Positions 52,362-64,000 of a DNA stretch of 64,000 bases are shown one piece after another. The notes beneath the pieces were generated by a model. It made no database searches. It worked only from the letters and a program-made list of their open reading frames with translations, and was not told the origin of the DNA. The translations under genes and the position numbers were made by a program. Source of the DNA: Amoeboaphelidium protococcarum X5 (Eukaryota; Fungi; Aphelidiomycota); assembly GCA_023515725.1 (NCBI GenBank), contig JALDTO010000251.1:434001-498000 (forward strand). The letters run 5' to 3'. Within the stretch, counting starts at the first letter, position 1. Every line of letters begins with the position of its first letter.

Positions 52362-55300
52362 TCATTGAACATTCAAAAGATCACGACTAGAACTAGTGAC
52401 ATTTCTGTCAATCGGAACTTGGAGCATAAATCTCGATTCTTCATAATCTTCAATTTTGAGACGCGACGTGTCCAACTGCAATTGCTCCATTCTTTATACA
52501 ACCAGTTTATCGTGCATATACTGAGGAGCAAGAGACTTGGCAGATGACGCTGTTGCAGATGACAAAAGTCCTTATCGCACAACAACCTTCTCCTTCAAAA
52601 GTGTGGCGGCTAGATGACATTGTGGATACGCAGCAATAAAGTACTTCAACAGCTATTCTGCATTCGAAGCTCCTCCGAAATCCTTCATCTGATTCATGAT
52701 GAACTTTGGAATCTTGACGACAATAACTTTCTACTACTTCTTCAGAGGGGTAAACTGTTTCTTGCACTCAGATGTCAGTAGTATTTTCGAGTTTATGTAC
52801 GATACTGCCTGCTGTGTGATCATTGCGAGCACCTACTCTGCTTTAAAACAGATCAATGGAGATCCAGTGCTGGTACAGTCAACAAGACAAAAATTTACCG
52901 ACGGATAACTATCAAGAAGGAGGTATGAAGAGCGTGGATCAGAGGCAGTAATTCTTAGATGTAATGCTGCGGGCCTATTCACGTACTGGTCCATCTCATT
53001 AGCAGATTTCATTTTAATATCAGCCTCCAGCATAGGCTTAAGCTTCCCACCACTGGTTGTTGAGTCACTAGATTTATGCTATAGAACGGAGCCAAGATCC
53101 TACCCAGCTCCAGTGGCACCACTAACACTAGAACTTCCACCAGTAGTAGATGCACGAGAATGGGAATGAGAGTGCGTAAATACAGTGACCTGAGTTAATT
53201 ATTACACTGCACTAGATCCGGATGACTATTATTGATGACCAGATAAAGCTTTCGGGATGGGACACCTGGCTTTCAGAATACCATACGTAATCTCATTGAC
53301 ACTGTAGCTGCTGTCAGAAATAATATAACACGGCTTTTCGCACGAGAAATTGATATAGTGCTATTCATTCATAGGCACACCAAATTCAATCACCGCCTGG
53401 ATAATAAGAGAATTGCGTATATTTAGCCAGAATGCCAGCTTATCACTATCAGTCCTCAAATGCTGCAAGTTGATGTGTCGCAGAATTACAATCAACCGCT
53501 TAAAATCCTCATAAGCCGGCATCTTCTTCACCATCCTCAACATGGAAGACTGCGATAAGATAAAGTATTGCATGCGCGTATCTTCAGACAGAGATAATGA
53601 GTCCAGACTATCACCTTCGGGTAGAAATGATGCGAACACAGACTTCTTGCGTTAATTATCGGAACCTGCGGCACTAGACCCTTTAACTTGAGATGAAGCT
53701 CTGCGGGACACCAAATTGCTCAGCGGATTATTAGAGGCGGAGAGATCATTCAGAGAACTATTGCCACTATCTTTAAATATATCACCACTGCTGCCAGTGG
53801 AATGATTGGATTACAGTGACAACACTTTAATCATATTACTCACCATGCCGACAATATGTGCAGTCAATTCTAATGGACGATCGATAAATTTTTGCATATA
53901 AGACGGAATATCATTCTGCGTGGACTCATCCAGAGAGTCTGTACTATTTAAAGAAGTCACAGGATTGCAATTAAGGACAAATTTATCATTTTACACAGAT
54001 TTATCCTTTCCAAATGCAAGCTACTCCACAGATTAAATCCTCTTGCTATCCAGCTTTGAGAAAATAACCAGTAAGTACTATTATTCAGAGGCGGGTAAAA
54101 GGCTCAGATAATCCGGATAACTTAACTAAACATTAGTTAAGAACTTTATCATCTCGGCAACTTTAAGACACTGCAATAAATCAGTAGAATCAGCATTGTA
54201 TGAGTGATCGCCATTGACAATAACTTACACTGAGGTTGAGAGCAACTGGCGGCGCTAATGGTCATTTGAGCATAATTTCAACAGACTATCGCAGCACTTT
54301 GAATTAATGAACTCCTAGCCAGATATAACTCTGACCATCTTGTCCACCAGAATATCAGTGCATTATTCACCAAAAAATATATCATCAAAAGTACTGCAAA
54401 CTACAGGACATTAAATTTGTAAAAGAGTCATTGTCAGGTGCAAAGACATGACAGAATTCTCTAATTCAATACCAGCTTTTAACACTACAGAAATACCACC
54501 AATAAAATCCTCTTAAATTTGGACTTGATCAAAACATAATTTAATTCTGCACAACAAGTCCACCATTTAATGAAACGCAGACGTTTCAATCAGCTTTGAG
54601 TAAATGTGCCTCAAGTCATCCGCAACACCATTCAAGAATCTAAGATGATCAAATCTATAGTTATTCTTGGTTCTCAACAGACACAGAGGTAGAGTTTTAA
54701 ATATTCTACAGTACCAACCGATAATCACGCTCCGCATATTTGATTATAACTTCTCGTGGGCATTAAAGCGGCTAGCTTAGATTTTAGAATGTTCAAATCC
54801 ACAAGGACATTCTTGAGGCCCATACCAAAGTCGTTCCAAGTCTGCTAGTAAATACTCCTGAGAAGGCAACTAGACCGCAGTTTGACCAATTTGAATGCCC
54901 TCCATAGAATCCAGATCAAATACCGTGACATCCTCAGGAGATTCCAACTCAATATTCTGTTATTGTTATAATTAGCGGTTAATGAAGTAGCCTATGACGT
55001 ACGGAGTCGGCGAATGAATAACATCGAGCATTTAGTCAGGTAAATAAGGTATAAAGATAGTTGACGACTGTCCCATTAGCAATCCATGAAGAGATAACAA
55101 AGTCCGCACTAAAGTTATTGGACATTCCTTTGATATAACAACGGCACTCTACTCTAGTAATAAAGGCGCCAATAGGTACTTTATAAATAATTGTGGCGGA
55201 ATACGCCTAAGATACTATAAACCGTCAGAGGCAGCTTTAAGAGATTAAGTCTCGGTAATGCAATCCAACTATTATAAAGCTCTAACATCACAAAGCTTCT

Positions 55301-55637
55301 CACTATTAAGCCGCAAGTGCTGATGTATAGATGATGGGAGGGGAGAATAAGACACCAAGCACTAAACTTGGGCCAGATGTGAGTCATCTAATAGATATAA
55401 CTTGCATGCAGCATATTACACGGAGCCAACCTCATTAGTCAGGATAAAATCAAACGCAGCAGATATCTATTCATCCTACAGCTTGCCAATAGCATCTTAT
55501 AGGAACGGGATTAGAGATGCAACGGATGCAGATGATGATGGTAATTGCTATTATTGTTCACCATCACTTGAAACTGTTTTCAGATTCTACACCTCTTGAG
55601 ACTTGGCATCCAACACAAACTATAAAAAGACTGTCAT
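52362..55637 (-). CDS. DENN-domain + DUF547-like protein, about 1091 aa
   Basis: DENN-like FDFILTNEVG..YAAC, LLLEQSAVVIS and FIPYLP..LDVIHSPTPYVIG. DUF547-like KLAFWLNIRNSLIIQAVIEFG, YSVNEITYGILK and VNFCLVDCTSTGSP. The middle section was not checked codon by codon. Confidence 0.7.
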
Positions 55638-55995
55638 ATTAGATGAGATACACAAATAATGAATCAATAGATCTGATAGTATTGTGTATAATAGAGAAGA
55701 TTCCAAATTACAGACAGATGGCCAATGTTTTATTAGTGAAACAAGATGGACAATGAAGAAAAAGAAGTCAACGTTGAAACAAAAACTTCACGCGCTTCTT
55801 TAACAGAAGTAAAGCGACGTCTGCTTTGAATATTACTGATAGTAGTGTTAACAAACGGCAGAGATATATTTGCTTATTCGCTATAGAATAAGTGTTTCCT
55901 TTAAAAGCAGTCTTAATGGCCACTTAACAGTCCGTGAAACTGCTTCATTTGCAAAAACTTTAGAATTTATAAAGACAGATTTACATTAATTCTAT

Positions 55996-57873
55996 TCAAT
56001 TTGAGAGTCTTATCTCGATTGGAGCAGTGTCATCACCAAAAAGACATTGTGCAACTGAGTAGTCATCGTTCTTGAAAAACACAGAGATTCGATTCCGGTG
56101 CTTTGAAATACCGGTGGGTTGACCGGTCGCATTTCTACGGAAATCCACAATTGCGTAGTCATTGACGGCAAGCATTGCGTATTTTCCATCAGGACTAGAG
56201 AATCTACTAAGTTGTTCACCGACACCGTCTCCATTCACGAGTAATTCAATGCCCCAACGTAGGCTGCCATTCAAGTAAAAGTCGGTTTCACCGGCAATCA
56301 CCTGCTTACTGTCGATATCAGTGTTAGGAGGAAAGATTTTCGACAGTTCCGGGCATATGGAACAGTTAGGAGGTGTATGCAATACCAGTCCCTCCATAAA
56401 CAGATGTTGAAAGACAGCTTCCTTTGGAAAATCTCCCGGAAGAGTTGAATTCTTCAACACAGTGGAGGACATACTAGAAACCACTTTCTAGATAAGTTCT
56501 CGGAGGGAGGATGGAGCAGTTTGAGCGCGATTAGGGAACATCCACTTGAAATAATACCGCTTTGCCAACGGAGAAGAGAAACCGACAGACGAGTCAGGAA
56601 GTTCCACCAGTATGCCAGCCTTCTTGAGTTAAGAGTAGACATTATCATCTTGCGGATTACTGAAGCCGTCGTACCGAATCCTTTAGCCTACGAAACACTC
56701 TTTAAGATACCTCTTGAACTCATTTCCATATGGATAGGAGTGAGCGCTTCCAAAACAACGAGCCATGTTTTGAACAAATTGATCAGAGAGACAATACTGG
56801 AGACACAGAGCCTCTTCAATATCATCATTCCTGGAGGAGAAAAATTCCATATAAAGAGCATCTATAGACAAGCGCAAAGCTCCCACAAGACCTCCGCATT
56901 ATTTGACAAGAACATACTTTAAGATTTTATGCTGCCTCAAGTTCGCCGGCAATCCAATATCGCGGAATTCAAGGAGCTGGTAAGCTTCTTCGTCAGTCAG
57001 TAGAAAATCCTTTCTCATAAGACTCGGAAGGGATTTAAATTCGACAGGTATTAATTTACCTCCGGATAATGAATGAGTGGCAGAAATAATGAATCTGATG
57101 TTATCTGGCATCCACATCCAAGTGGTCTTTACCAGAGATACCCAGAATTGTCCATCGCCATATTTCCTCTATGCGTCATCAATAAAAACAACAACATATT
57201 TATTGGCAAGGGATTCGGAGATTTTATTTTGCTGCAAATCTATTCCCACTTCGGACAATAGCTCGAATGGCGATCTTTCTTCACGGAAGGAGATTCTTAG
57301 GACTTTGACGTTTCTGTTCACAGCCTGATAGAGTTTGAACAGGGAACTCTTTCCAGAGGCAGCAGGTGAACTCAGCAAGACTATAGAGCTTCTAGAAACC
57401 AACCACTAAAGCTTCCCAACCAATTCATTCCGCTTGAGGTGTTCAATGTCCAAGTCAATACCATCAATTCCGATGTTCATAATACGACTGGACGAACCAA
57501 AAGCGTTTGCACAGGAATCGACTTCAATTTCATCACCTCTTAACGCAGAGCAAGCTGGCGATGGGACTGCGACAACGAGGGCCTCATTCTTCGACTTCCC
57601 CAGACCATCAATGAGAAAGTCTTCTTCTAACGGCATTTCCTTCCCATCATCACCTGCAGCGTTTCTTTTGTCAAAAGCAGCTTTGTTCTTGTATACGAGT
57701 AGATCAGCAACGTCAACGGAAGAGAGATTGTTGGAATACTTAGCCTTGACAGCACTTTTAAATTGAGCAATGAATGAGCCAGGTAGAAGATAGACACTGC
57801 TAGAACGCGCCCCCTTGTATGGCTATCCAGTAGCAGAATCCAAGAGAAAAAACCAAACCAGAGGAGAAGACAT
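55996..57873 (-). CDS. Crinkler (CRN)-family effector: ubiquitin-like header + P-loop NTPase + PD-(D/E)xK-like nuclease, 625 aa
   Basis: Header MSSPLVWFFLLDSATGQPYKG...LLVYKNKAAFDKR...ALVVAVP, Walker A SPAASGKSS, Walker B VVFIDDAQ, and EAVFQHLF..CPELS..DFYLNGSLRWGIELL. Confidence 0.88.
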
Positions 57874-58286
57874 TGATCAATGTTATTGCTGTGGAATAAA
57901 TGATATTTGATTTTACTTTTTGATTAGATTAGGTTGAGCGGGAAAGTGTTCAATTAACAGTAAACAGCGAGCGCGCGAGACGGACTTGTGAGCAGTAAAC
58001 CACAGTAACAATAGAATTTGTTCAGCAGATGATGATTGATGCCCATAAGAATATATCTCTTTCAGACTAGCGCACACACCGTCTAGATCAAAATTTTAGT
58101 AAAACCTTGAAAACATTTATCTAGTTTTTGTAAACCTATAGAAATACGCGATTGCGTACCTATAAAAAATGTCGCGTTAAAAAATAGAGATGAACTATTA
58201 TCACCAAAATGTCCTTGAACAAGTATGCTGATAAATTGTCTTAATTAATGATCATGATAGTTATCACACTTTAAAGTAAAACGCGA

Positions 58287-59552
58287 TCACTTGAAAATCT
58301 TACCATCAGCAAACTTACCAGGCAGATGAGCACCTTCCCAGGCCAAGTACTCGTCCCACAATTGCTTGTCCTCAGCGGAAATCTCGAGAGCACCCACCTT
58401 ACCGCCAACATTCACCTTGGTGAAAGCGTAGGATTCATAGTCGGCAGCATCAGTCACCTCTTCAGGCACAACCTGACCGCGGAAGATCCACATACCGGAG
58501 ATCTTGTTGTTATTGTTCTCACCAGTCACAATCATTGAACCGAAGGCGTACTTGCGGGCACGCTCCAAACGGTGGAAGAAGCCACCGATCAAGTTGCTGG
58601 ACATAAAGATCTGGGTCAACTCATCATTGTACTTGTACTCGCACTTCCACATGCTAAATCCCTCAGGATCAAAGTTGTCCTAGAAGAATTTGGAGGACTG
58701 TGGAGGCTCATTGTTGGAGTAGAATCTCTTCCAGGCATCCATGATAAAGGTAGATGGTGGCAGAGAGTCAAGCACAGACTTCTTCTTCTCCTCTTGAGGC
58801 ACCAGATCATCACCGGCATCGTCCTCAAAAGCATCATCCTTCTTCTTCTTGTCCTTCTTAGCTGGAGCAGCAGCAGCAGCTGGGGCAGCCTTCTTCTCAT
58901 ACTTGGCTGGCTGAACACAGAGTTTCACCTCACCGATCACATTCTTCACCTTTGGCTGGTTAACCATAGTCAGGAACCAACGGGTGACATTAGGGATCGA
59001 GGAGCGGAAAGACTCATCAAAATATTTCTAGTAGCCTCTCAGCAGCAGGCAGCAGACGACAATATCAGCCAGAGATACGCGCTCACCGACCAAGAAGGTG
59101 CGGGTGCTCAACTCAACGTCCAGCACTTTCAGAGCACGAGTGTAGTTCTCGACGCAGGTCTTCTCAGCCTCCTTGTTGTATGGAGCATAGCCAAGGTACA
59201 TCAGATTACGCAATCCCAAGCTACCTTCAATGTCCATGTTACCAATGGAGATGTACTTGGTGACCAGAGCCTTCTCGTACTCACTGGTACCCAACAGAGC
59301 AGGATTCTTACCCTTCAGTGCAATGTAGTGAGCGATTGCAGCACACTCATACAGAGGACCATCCTAGGTATCCATTGCAGGCACGCGACCATATGGAAAC
59401 TTGCTCATGAACTCACTTGACTTAGCCTTCTCCATGTCGGTAGCCTGGAATTCAACTTCCACACCAGCATAAGCGGCAGTAATCTGAGCCATGTACAACC
59501 GGTCGCCATTAGGATAGTTGTAAATCTTTCCAACAGAATTGCTCTGAGTCAT
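58287..59552 (-). CDS. EEF1G: Translation elongation factor 1B gamma, 421 aa
   Basis: GST-like N-domain (KFPYGRVPA, TRTFLVGERVSLADI), MDAWKRFYSN, FMSSNLIGGFFHRLE and C-terminal DGKIFK. Confidence 0.96.
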
Positions 59553-60021
59553 TATTATTGTTATTATCGGTCTCTTATAAACTACTGTGTTTTATTATGG
59601 GTGAGTAAAATGTCAGAAATAGATGCTCAATTTCATCAAAGTCGCGCGCTCCTTTGATCAAGAAAATCGGTTAAGGTCAAGCGAGATCAACCTCCCTATC
59701 AATTGCCACTTGTGGCGGACGCAATAGATAATGAGGCAAGTTTCACTTCTTGCCAGTTTCCGCATATTATCGCGTCAAAAAACCATTGTTGTGTATATCA
59801 AAACGCGCACTTGTGATTGTCGTTGTTGTTTGCTGGCCTGAGTTGCGATTTGTTGCTCATAAGATTTGATTGATCATTGGCAAACATCAACAATCAATAG
59901 TGACACCCTTTGTTTTAATCTCTTGTTTCAAACCATCTCATTGTAGAAGACGTTGTTGTCCATAACGCTGTATTAGTAAATCAAAATAGAGGTTTTATCA
60001 TATCTGAAGAGTATAATTAAA

Positions 60022-60387
60022 ATGTCCACCTTGAGTAAGTCGACTAGTGAAAAATCATTCACCACTGTTTTGCAGTCTGCCCAATCCGAGTTTGAATTAC
60101 ATTCCAATGATGAGGGATTGAAGTCTGTGATTATCACTTCTAAATAGCAAGTCGCTGAAAATTCTTCCGATTAAAATGTCACTGGTGGCTAAAATTATGA
60201 TATTCGTAATAAGAATGATATTGATGAATGCTCTGTTTTACCAGAGGACTTGAAGCAACAGTTGAAAATGTTCCAGTTGAAACAAAAAGTTGAAAAGGAT
60301 CTGATTGCTGCTTACAAGACTGATAACCTGATATTGGCTTAGGAGATTGCAAAAAAAGATGGCCTGATTAGAAAGATGAAATATTGA
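60022..60387 (+). CDS. Hypothetical protein, 121 aa
   Basis: AAAATGTCC start context, TGA-free frame with coding-like composition and TGA stop. Confidence 0.55.
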
Positions 60388-60735
60388 ATTGTATTATAGT
60401 GTGTTTAAGTAGTATTATTATTTTTGCTTGTTATAATTAATGTCGAAAGTTTGTTTTCGAATGATTGATTGATTGTCTGTGCGGCTTATAGCCTGAGATT
60501 TTAAAGCGTCAGTGCCTTGCCGATCTTATTCATGGCACATGATAGCGCGGGTTTATCATCAAGTGGTACTCGATTAACACTTATTGAATCTGTAGCCGCC
60601 TAGATTGATTTCCATTCGTTGTATGTAATCACTTGATCTGTTTTAAATGCTGTAGTGGAATTAGTGTCACCGTTGTGTTAATCGCGTGAGCGAACACAAG
60701 CCCATCGAAGATGCATCTAAACTATAAATTCACGG

Positions 60736-60865
60736 TGTTAAGAATAGTATAAGAGAGTGAAGTGAATATGAGATATAACAAGTATATTAACAGTTGTTTC
60801 AACTCTTATATGATAAAGAGAGAGAGTGAGTGACTGAAACGCGTCAACACGGTTTCAGCTCAACA
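60736..60865 (-). repeat. Candidate 3' LTR (about 130 bp)
   Basis: Starts TGTTG just after the pol stop, has an internal TATAAG, and ends TTAACA. The partner LTR is not in the window. Confidence 0.55.
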
Positions 60866-60877
60866 GCCGACCGCAAA

Positions 60878-63800
60878 TCATACCACCTTTTTGGTCACCT
60901 CAACTTCTAGAGGCTTATATGACTCTCGTACTTTCATTCCCATCTTGCTTACAAACAGCCAATGCAGATTCTTTCCAAGACCTTTTGTAAACACATCAGC
61001 CACATTTGCATTACTCCGGACAAATTCTATGTCCAACGTACGGTCTTGGATTTCTTGTCGCAGAAAGTGATAGCGCAAACGAATGTGTCGAGTTCTATGA
61101 TGTTGTTGAGATGCTTTAGTCAAGTAAATAGATCCTTGATTGTCTGCAAAGAGTCTAGGGACAGAGTAAAGTTGAGGCGCAACATCTTGCAGTTGCAGCT
61201 CATATAACAACTACTTGATCCAGATACCTTCTTTGACAGCTGCTGCCAGTGCGATGTACTCTGCCTCGACTGAGCTCAGAGCTACAATAGGTTGCAGACT
61301 TGACTTCCAAGATACTGGGACACCACACAAGTAAAATACATATCCAGACGTTGATTTTGAGTGGTCTAAGTTACCACAGTGATCAGAATCGGAGAAGCCA
61401 GCCTTAGTACAATCGATTTCAATTCCCATATGCGCAGTGCTTTAGAGATACCCATAAATTCTTTTTACAGCTAACCAGTGTTTCATGCCTGGGTTCTTCA
61501 TAAATCGCGCAACTTGAGACACCGCATAAGCAATGTCAGGGCGGCAACACTGAACAAGATGCATTAGACAGCCAACAGCTTGCTGATAAGGGATCTATTC
61601 CATTTCTTGGCGCTGATTCTCATCTTAAGGACACATGGAAAGATCCAATTTGTAAGTTGCACACGGTGTCTTAACATGATGCTCATTCCGCATATCAAAT
61701 CTCTCTACAATGGACCTGATGTACTTTTCTTGATTCAGAGTGAATGAAGAATCAGAGTTAGTCTTGATCTATGCTCCAAGAAAATAAGCAGGCCACCCAA
61801 GATTTCTAACCTTGAACAGTTTCATTATGTCATCGCAAATCTTATTATATAAATCACCGGACGGACCAGCCAATACCATGTCATCAACGTAGACAGCGAG
61901 AAGAAACGTCTGACCATTAAGCTTAAACATATAAAGACTGATGTCAGAATTAATACAATTGAAACCTATCGACTTCAATGACTTGGTCAATAAATCATTC
62001 CACAGTTTGGGCGCTTCTTTTAGACCGTAAACGGATTTGAGGAGTTTCATAATCTTGCCTTTTGGAATCTTGAACCCCTTTGGAGGCCTAGTGTAAACCG
62101 GTCTCTTTAGGAACGCATTTAAGAAGGCAGTTTTGACATCGAACTACGTAAGTTACCATTTGAACAGTGACGCCAATACTAGAAGAATCCTTATAGTTGC
62201 ATACTTTATCACTGGAGCAAAAATCTCAGCCCAATCCATCTCTTACAAGAATCCTCTAATGCACCAGCGCACTTTCCTTCTGTCCAGATGACCTGTTGCA
62301 TCAGTCTTATATTTGAAGACTAGCTTGGATGTGAGTATTTATTCACCCTTTGGAACTTAATCTTCGTCAATCAAGATGAATGTGCCATTCTCTACATGAG
62401 CAGAGAATTCTTCTTGAGTACCTTCATCCCACTATGGACCATCTGGCAATTTCAATGCAGCATCGTAAGACTGCGGATCTTCAAACACTCGATTCAATTC
62501 TTGATAAGCGAATGCACACGTTTGATACACTTTATTGGTGTAGGGATCCACAATATGATACCAATACTCTTACTCCAAGTTCTCCACAGCATCATGGAAC
62601 TGCTCGCTATCATCCATATCAGTGGATAGCTAATCTTATTCATAACAATCATCCAGTGCTTAAAACGGGTTGGCAGATACAAAATTAATTGTGGGAGTAG
62701 ACAACTGGTGTCTCCTTGATTGGGTAATGCTACGAGCAATCCCTACAATGTCATCCACCTCTATTTTCGGATCATTCACCCTCAGATGCATGTTACCTAC
62801 CTCAATTTTGGAGTCTTGCACATCAACTTTCATTACTTTAGTATCATTCATGTCAATTTACAACTGTTTTTATAGCTTCAGGAGAGCTTTGGCAGTCTTG
62901 TCAGAAATATCTTCATCTTGATGAGTAATGGCATTATCCATTGGCTAGGTATCCTCCGCAGCGTCAACAAATTCATCGTCTACAGTCTCTTTGGGGACTT
63001 CAGTGACTTCAGCCGGTTCAGCATTTGGTTCGACGTTTATGGATGCTGTAGTTGGACGGGTAGCAGCTGCGGCATCAAATGAAATCTGCGGTTACTCGAC
63101 TAACTCCTCAATGGTTGGATCTACAGCTGCACCAAGTCCTGCAGAGTTGTAAATGTCCTATGCAGATACTCTCACAGCGGACTAATCAGATTCATCCATC
63201 AATTCAAACTACTCCCTTTTGTAGACAAAACTTGGCTAAATCATTGGCGCCTTGTTCTCTAAGAATACTACGTCACGGCTGAAGATAATTTTATTTAGAT
63301 CTAAACTATAGAATCTCCAAGCTTTCTTTTCTAACGAGTAACCAGCAAAGACAGCGGGAAAACTTCTATCGTCCAATTTCTTAAAAGTTGACTTGGAGTG
63401 TCTGACATACGCAAGACAGAACATCGTCCGCAAGTGAAACAGGCTTGCCCTTTTTCCAGTCCACAACTCTTCTGGAAGCTTAAAATTCACAGCTGAATGA
63501 GGCAAACGGTTCTTAACGTAGCATGCTGCCATGATGGCATCTGGCCAAAGAGTGTGAGGAGTGTCAAACACTTTCAAGAACGTACGGGCCATGGACCACA
63601 GCGTCTAGTTGACTCTTTCACTGTTGCCATTTTGCTGAGGAGTATGTGCAGTTGTGCTTTGAATGGCCACACCTCTGTCAGCCAGAAAAGTACGGAATTC
63701 ACCATTGATGTATTCTCCACCCCCATCAGATCGAAACTTCTTCAATTTGAAACTAGATTCATTCTCTACCAACGTCAACCACCGCTTGAAGTGCCCAAAT

Positions 63801-64000
63801 GCTTCAGACTTATTCTTAAGCATGTACGACCATAATTTCCTTGTGGCCATGTCCATCAGTGTCATTACGTATTTGAACCCATGAAACGAGCGGATATTGC
63901 ATGGACTAAGATCAGACACCACGAGATCAAGCGGGTTTGAGTAGATAGAATCTGAAGGCTGAAAAGGAGCACGTTGCAGCTTCGTAGAAAGACAATCATC
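60878..64000 (-). CDS. Copia Pol polyprotein (integrase, reverse transcriptase, RNase H), partial
   Basis: Integrase VSDL / RSDGGGEY / QQNGNSER, RT QFDVKTAFLN, KSVYGLKEAP and YVDDM, and RNase H FSDSD, SSVEAEY, DNQGSI and ADVFTK. All fragments lie in one frame. Confidence 0.93.

Larger units (their letters stand above)
60736..64000 (-). mobile_element. Ty1/copia LTR retrotransposon, 3' portion (5' part outside the window)
   Basis: Domain order integrase-RT-RNase H, followed by a candidate LTR bounded by TGTTG...TAACA. Confidence 0.93.

Noticed and set aside
58572-59420. 282-aa plus-strand ORF, and 44370-44936 on the minus strand
   Set aside because: Antisense shadows of strongly codon-biased genes.

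Overview
A gene-dense, intron-poor, AT-rich eukaryotic nuclear window that uses a non-standard genetic code. TAA and TAG encode Gln, and TGA is the only stop. The supplied standard-code ORF track is therefore fragmented. Re-read with UAR=Gln, about 33 largely intact, fungus-like genes appear, plus one tRNA-Phe and the 3' part of a Ty1/copia element. Fungal-type genes plus this code suggest the aphelid algal parasite Amoeboaphelidium protococcarum or a relative (inference). Housekeeping genes include LeuRS, an MBOAT acyltransferase, ASNSD1, FolC, OMA1, PRMT3, ISU1, a BAG protein, CUL4, an ATRX-like SNF2, an RBR E3, VPS27, CCP1 and eEF1B-gamma. The most notable items are: (1) a compact three-gene cluster (FAD oxidoreductase plus two Cfa-family SAM methyltransferases) mirroring bacterial methyl/furan fatty-acid operons; (2) an unrecognised family of three secreted proteins sharing an exactly spaced two-Cys domain; (3) a tandem array of four orphan 7TM proteins; (4) a Crinkler effector and a copia element, both using the host code; (5) a secreted glutenin/silk-like repeat protein; and (6) a 1636-aa acidic protein with nine copies of a short helical motif. 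All coordinates were derived by hand translation and no database searches were run.
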